From Chromera velia (taxonomy: Eukaryota), in NCBI GenBank assembly GCA_018398765.1, contig JAHBMJ010000132.1, positions 1-55,612 on the forward strand: DNA of 55,612 nt, in the 5' to 3' direction. This document shows, piece after piece, positions 50,573 through 55,612 of this stretch; the first letter of the stretch is position 1, and each line of letters opens with the position of its first letter. The position numbers and the translations under genes are program-made. The notes beneath the pieces are model-generated. The model was not told the origin of the DNA and searched no databases. It saw only the letters and a program-made list of their open reading frames with translations.

Positions 50573-50659
50573 GCACCGGACTTGACTGGATTGCTCTCCC
50601 CAGACCACTTTGACTAAACCGCTCCCACACTGTCAGGACCGCTCTTACTGGACCACAGT

Positions 50660-51677
50660 CAGGGTTGCCGATTTTTTCGGCGGTAGACAAGCTTCATTAC
50701 CGGTAACCGGTAATTACCAGCAGAGTTTGCTGGCAGTTGGCAAAGACTTGGCAGAACTCTAACAGTCACTAACACTTTTCAATAACCTAAGTCCTAGGTT
50801 ATAAGTCAATTAATCAATCACTTAAGGCTAGACTTAATGTCAATTTAAAAAGTTAATGCGTCATTTGTAGGGATAGCTATGCGGCCAGTGTGGTTGAAGA
50901 TGATGCAGGTGGAAGCGATGGGTTCCATCTTGCACTTGGCGCCCAAAAACAGAGAACCGCTGGCCGCAATGACCACAGCTCTAGACCATAGCTGGCCCAG
51001 ACAAATGTACCTGCGCGATTCTAACAATGGAAAAAGTTCGTCTCAAAGTTTGGGTGGTCTCCCCAATCTGGCTTCTTTTTACAGCCGCGGTGCAGTAGCC
51101 GCATCCGCCCCTCCCTCTTTCCGTCCGAGACCACCCAGCCCTAGACCCAACCGCACCATGGGGGGAGCTCGAGGAGGCAATGTTCTTCTTGCTCCTCCCT
51201 CCTCAACAAACCGGGCAGGGGCTGCACAAGTACAGAGCCGCAAGCTTACCATCTCCTCGTTTTTCAGAAAGAAGTAGACTTTTTCCGTCTTTTACTTTGA
51301 TTACTCTCTAATGACGGTCAAAGCCTGATATACAGAGAAGCAGAACAATGAGAGATGAAGCAAGGTCAAAAAAGAGAGCAGTTGTTGGACAGAGGCTGTC
51401 ATAGAGCTGTTACAACTTTTTGTCACTTATAGGGGTGAAGCAGTTAAAAATTTATATTTTTTAAACATTTTTTTGTGTATGTGAATAGGCTTTTCAAATG
51501 CCAATAAACACTTAAAAACATGTTTTTGAAGGTTGGCGCCGGAGGCGAATTTTTTTTTTTAGGACCCTAATTTTTATTATTTTTTTTGTCGGTAAAAGGA
51601 AGGCAGACTGAGGCCATTACCGGTTACCGGCAATTGCCGGTAGACTAGACCTGTTACCGATCAAAAAAGCAACCCTG
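50660..51677. mobile_element. Non-autonomous hAT-like DNA transposon, 1018 bp
   Basis: TIR cagggttgc / gcaaccctg; perfect 8-bp TSD accacagt at 50652-50659 and 51678-51685; subterminal (t)accggt motifs at both ends; internal ORF 50879-51277. Confidence 0.88.
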
Positions 51678-52928
51678 ACCACAGTGACTCTGACTGGCCC
51701 GGCGCTTGTAGGGCGGTAATAAATGGATCAATGTCACTGAATGAATGAATATTGTTGAATTTAATAATAAAGAACGTCACTACACCTATCAACGATTCGA
51801 CGATGAAAAATGTTGTACCGCTTGGAACCGTGATGTGTTTTGGAGGTTTTTCATCAGTGTCATAAATGCACTAGTTTTCCTTGCTTAGCACGGGGCTCCC
51901 TAAGGCTCAAGTCAACGTCAAGATTTGAGCAGCTGGTTGGGTTGTTTTCTACTGTGGGACAATACTACCGGTTAAGCTAGTTAATGGCACATCAGATTAA
52001 GTAAGCATCTGTTCAGTTCAAACATTATCAAGTAATTTATTAAGTCAGACGGCAGTTTTGTCCAAAGACTATCCCCTCTCAGGGGGTGAACCAGGGTAAC
52101 ACAAAGAAACAAACTATGCATGATATAGGGGTGGGATACTCCTGTAGAAGAGATGCCTGCAGTACCCCGATCCTACATAACATAACAATAACCCCAGCCC
52201 ACGTATGCATGCATACAATGTCTTTCGCCAAAAACCTGGCCCCGAAAGGCTGAATACCCCCCCGACACTCTAAGCTGTTCTTGAAAACATTTTTCAAGAT
52301 TGGATTTTTTAGTGGCATTTAATTTCAAGTTAGGATTTTTGAGCGGCGGCACCGTTTCGTGCTATTTCTTGCCGCCAAAATTTATTTCACTGTACGTATA
52401 TGCGCCTCACTGTCGCGCTGCCTTTACGGAGCACCGCACGGCCCCGGAAACCACGGCCCCGGCATGCCTTTCTGCATGCAGGCGCGGTATTTTTCCGAGG
52501 GCCCATCAGGCCGCAACGTGCAGACTCAAACGGCAACTGTGCAATACCTCAGAGGGCAGCGCAGTCGCGCATGCTCACTCAGTCTGCGAACCATGCAACG
52601 GGTATATCACGTATTGTTCAGGTGTGTTACGTCTACGAAATTCAGAAAATAAATCTGAACGTTCAGGAATCTGCACAGCAGAGAAAAAAAAAAAACCTGA
52701 ACGTTAGTCACTTTCTCTTGTCCATTCCTTTTTGATCCTCTCACCCTCTCCCTCAAACGTTGAGTTTTTATTTCTGTTTCTGTTGAACCTTCACACACCG
52801 AGCAGCTTCCAGCTGATATTGCGTGACTGTCACAGACTGAACGTCGTTGAATGATTTGCTTCCTTTTGGACGAGTGCTTCCTTCGAATTCGCGTGTTGCT
52901 TGTTGAATCCCCCTTTCTTTCTGCAACC

Positions 52929-54117
52929 ATGCTTGCCAACCCGGCATTTCTCATGCAGCTGAACCACGCCCTGTGGAGCGCCATCCCAAATGCCGAGCGA
53001 AGACAAGACTTTGTGTCCCGCTTATCGGAAGAGGGTCCAGGAGAGCTGGGAATCTCCTCAAGGGAACTGGTTTCACAGTTTGATCCAGAGAACCCGATGG
53101 ATTTGCAGGCCGTCGGTGTCAACCGTGTGGTGGGTAGGGCAGCGAGAGATGTGCTGCTGCGGCAGTTTAGTGCCCCCCCCCCCCACAGTTGCTCCTGCTG
53201 CAGTCCCCCCTTCAGCTCCCATTACCCGTCCCAGTGCTCAAGCCCCCGCAGGTGCTCTAGCTGTAGTCCCCCCTTCAGCTCCCATTGCCCCTCTCAGTGC
53301 TCATTCTTCTAGTCCCTCTGCATTATTTCATCCGACCGTTGTACTTTCTGTATGAGCGGGGTTGCCTGTCTGCACCTTTCCTCTCTGTGATGTCAGATTT
53401 TATGTAAAATCATAGGGGGGGGCAAGGGTAAAGAGGCAGGGGGCACGAGAGATACAGAATGCTGTCGCAGTCATATTGGCTGGGTTGCAAGCTTGCCACC
53501 ACTGCTACTTTCTTTTCTACTGTTCAGATTCTATTACTTCTCTGGGGGCATGTCAGAGATCAAAAAATCGCCTTGCTCACAGAAGAAGAGTGTTCACAGA
53601 AGCAGGCATAGATGGCTTAACGAGAGAGGAAACGAAAGAGGAGCTGCATGCAAGAAGTTTGGGGGTCACTAATGGAGGCTCGCCATTAGAAGAGGTGAAA
53701 CGCGCAGTCGTGTTTGACCTTTATACAGAAAGGAGCACTGAGTGGGCCCCCGCACCAGATGAAGTACTCCAGACAGAATTTGTGTACGTATCCAGAAAGT
53801 CATTCATTCCTCCTTTAGCTTTCCTCCCTATTAGCAACTCATCCCTCAGTGTCTTGCCTGCCGCCCCCTCTTCAGCTGCATGCATGGATGCTCCTGCAGG
53901 CAACTGCGTTCCAGAGTCTTCTACTGTCCTTTTCGACATCGCAAAGGAGCATACAGCAGCTCAAGAGCGAGAAAAGCAACGGAGAGAGAGACTGGAACGG
54001 TGCGAGGCTCGGGGTTTTCCTGTGGCTGCCTGTAGGGGCGCCCGTCAGGACTATCGAGAGCTTTGTTATCTCGATAACTTTGCAGATTCCGGCCTTGAAG
54101 ACTCAGACAGTGAATGA
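52929..54117 (+). pseudogene. Cargo gene or pseudogene inside the 10-bp-TSD element; SAP-like motif in the 3' ORF
   Basis: ATG at 52929 starts MLANPAFLMQLNHALWSAIP. There is an apparent frame change at the poly-C tract (~53173-53184) into a Pro/Ala-rich 63-bp duplicated segment. A probable acceptor near 53527 leads to ..IDGLTREETKEELHARSLGVTNGGSPLEEVKRAVV, ending at TGA 54117. Confidence 0.4.
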
Positions 54118-54392
54118 TGCATTGGTTTGAATATTGCATGCATGAATGAATACTTACAATTCATACATCACTGCTGAAACCAGAGAAAGTATCGCAAGTT
54201 TTTTTCTAGGGGGCCGCACTCTATATATAGGTAGATCATGACCCCTGACTTTAAAGAAAAACAGACAAAAATCTAGGAATGTTATGCAAAAAGTTTCATA
54301 AAAAACCAAAAACTATAAATTACAGAAAACATAACAGTAACATTAGTTTTTATGTTGGGCTAGAAATATGCATTCATTTTTATGAAAAACTT

Positions 54393-55013
54393 CGTGTCGC
54401 CAGGTCTTGTTAGGCTGTTCGGCTTGTTGTACTGTTGGGTTTCACCTTGCCAGGAAGCTGTTGGGCGCCCAACATGCCCAACAAGAAAGCCCAACACGGC
54501 CCAACAGCCCAACAAACACTCCCAACATGCACAACACGCACAATCATGATGATGAGAATGATCTGGAACAATATTAGAATAATATAAAACACTGTTGGTA
54601 TTCTAGCAGTTAGCCCAGGTCGGCGGCTCGCCAGAGAGGACCCGGAAGCAGCAGCACCAGCCACCTCTTCCCTCTCAACCCATATCCATTTTCTTCTAGA
54701 CAGTCCCCTCTCTAAATAATATTGTGTATGCAGGTTTGCCTCAATTTTTTTTTGTATATTGTGAACGTTTTACGAAGAGTTTCAGGCTTATACTGTACTA
54801 ATGTGTAGCGCTGAATGTCTTAAATGGTGTCTGTTGTATTCATATGCTTTGATACGTGGACTTGGCGTGTAGGACAAGCTTGTAGGGAAGGGAAAAGACC
54901 TTGTTGGGCTCTGTTGGGCACTGTTGGGCTTCATGACCTGTCATGCAGCTAATGAAAGGCCCAACAGAGCCTAACAGGTAACAAGCCCAACAGAACGGTT
55001 ACCTGGCGACACG
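54393..55013. mobile_element. Nested MITE with 13-bp TIR and 4-bp TSD, 621 bp
   Basis: Perfect TIR cgtgtcgccaggt / acctggcgacacg; actt on both flanks (54389-54392, 55014-55017); many cccaaca/tgttggg subterminal motifs. Confidence 0.82.
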
Positions 55014-55215
55014 ACTTTGGACTAACATTTCTTAAGATTGAAATTGAACTAAAGCTTCAGAATAGCCTAACATAACACTCCAGAATGTGTTTCATCTGCT
55101 AGTTTTAACCTTATAACTTGGCATATAATATATAGTGTAAAAGGATGTAGGAAAAATTAGGGGTGAAGCTTAGGTATACCCACAGTATAGCCCCCTAAAG
55201 TTTTTTTTTATTTTT

Positions 55216-55462
55216 TTTTTAAGATATAAGCCTTGCATGCGGCGTAGCTTTTCAAGATATAAGCTCTTCTTAGAGCATAGTTTTTTAAGACATACGCTCT
55301 GCTTGCGGCGTATAGCTTTTCAAGACATAGGCTCTCTTTGCGGCATAGTTTTTTAAGACATAGGCTCTGCTTGCGGCACAGCTTTTCAAGACATAGGCCA
55401 TGCCTGCGGCGCAGCTTTTCAAGACATAGGCCGCGCCGCGGCGCGGCTTTTCGAGACATAGG
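55216..55462. repeat. Minisatellite, ~33-bp unit, about 7.5 copies
   Basis: Consensus ttttcaagacataggctctgcttgcggcgcagc, lying in the right subterminal region of the 52256-55510 element. Confidence 0.9.
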
Positions 55463-55612
55463 ATTTTTGAGTGGCACAAAATTTCAAGTAGCCTTGAGTG
55501 TCAGGGGGGTAAGGCTGAATTTGCGAGATGTGTGCGTCAGACGGTTTCAGATCTTGTGCGTCAGATGGCTTTTTTCCCGGGGGAGGGGGGGGTTCCGCGC
55601 ATGCTTTTTTCC

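Larger units (their letters stand above)
52256..55510. mobile_element. 3.25-kb TIR element with 10-bp TSD (Mutator/MULE-like) carrying a non-transposase cargo gene
   Basis: Left end acccccccgacactctaagct and right end agccttgagtgtcaggggggt form an imperfect TIR. Perfect TSD aaggctgaat at 52246-52255 and 55511-55520. Confidence 0.82.

Noticed and set aside
55216..55462. CRISPR-like array (constant ttttcaagacatagg plus variable part)
   Set aside because: The variable parts are only ~18 bp and clearly related to each other, there are no cas genes and the context is eukaryotic. It is a minisatellite in a transposon end.

Overview
Intron-rich eukaryotic nuclear DNA, most likely from a chromerid alveolate such as Chromera. 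This is an inference from GT-AG introns full of (CTGT/GTCA/GAGT)n microsatellites, abundant TGCATGCA motifs and an apicomplexan-type helical-repeat gene. Most ORF-track entries are microsatellite or antisense noise. Splicing by hand with reading-frame phase checks gives six host genes. (1) An intronless FAD-dependent monooxygenase (876-2192 +). (2) A nicotinamidase with a signal peptide (6289-4572 -). (3) A 25-exon, ~1182-aa protein (26656-14325 -) with three tandem globin-like domains and an ankyrin-like repeat fused to a 6-TM TRP-like channel. (4) A divergently transcribed F-box protein carrying a split cullin-repeat-like domain (28045-34252 +). (5) An HPR/OPR-like organellar RNA-binding protein (36246-44718 +). 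(6) A small putative secreted protein (49315-47130 -). The AT-rich intergenic blocks contain non-autonomous DNA transposons with readable TIRs and TSDs (8, 4 and 10 bp) and a decayed RLE-type non-LTR retrotransposon. The stand-out candidate for a new system is the globin-coupled TRP-like channel, a possible haem-based O2/NO/CO-gated ion channel. All gene models are manual and lack transcript support.
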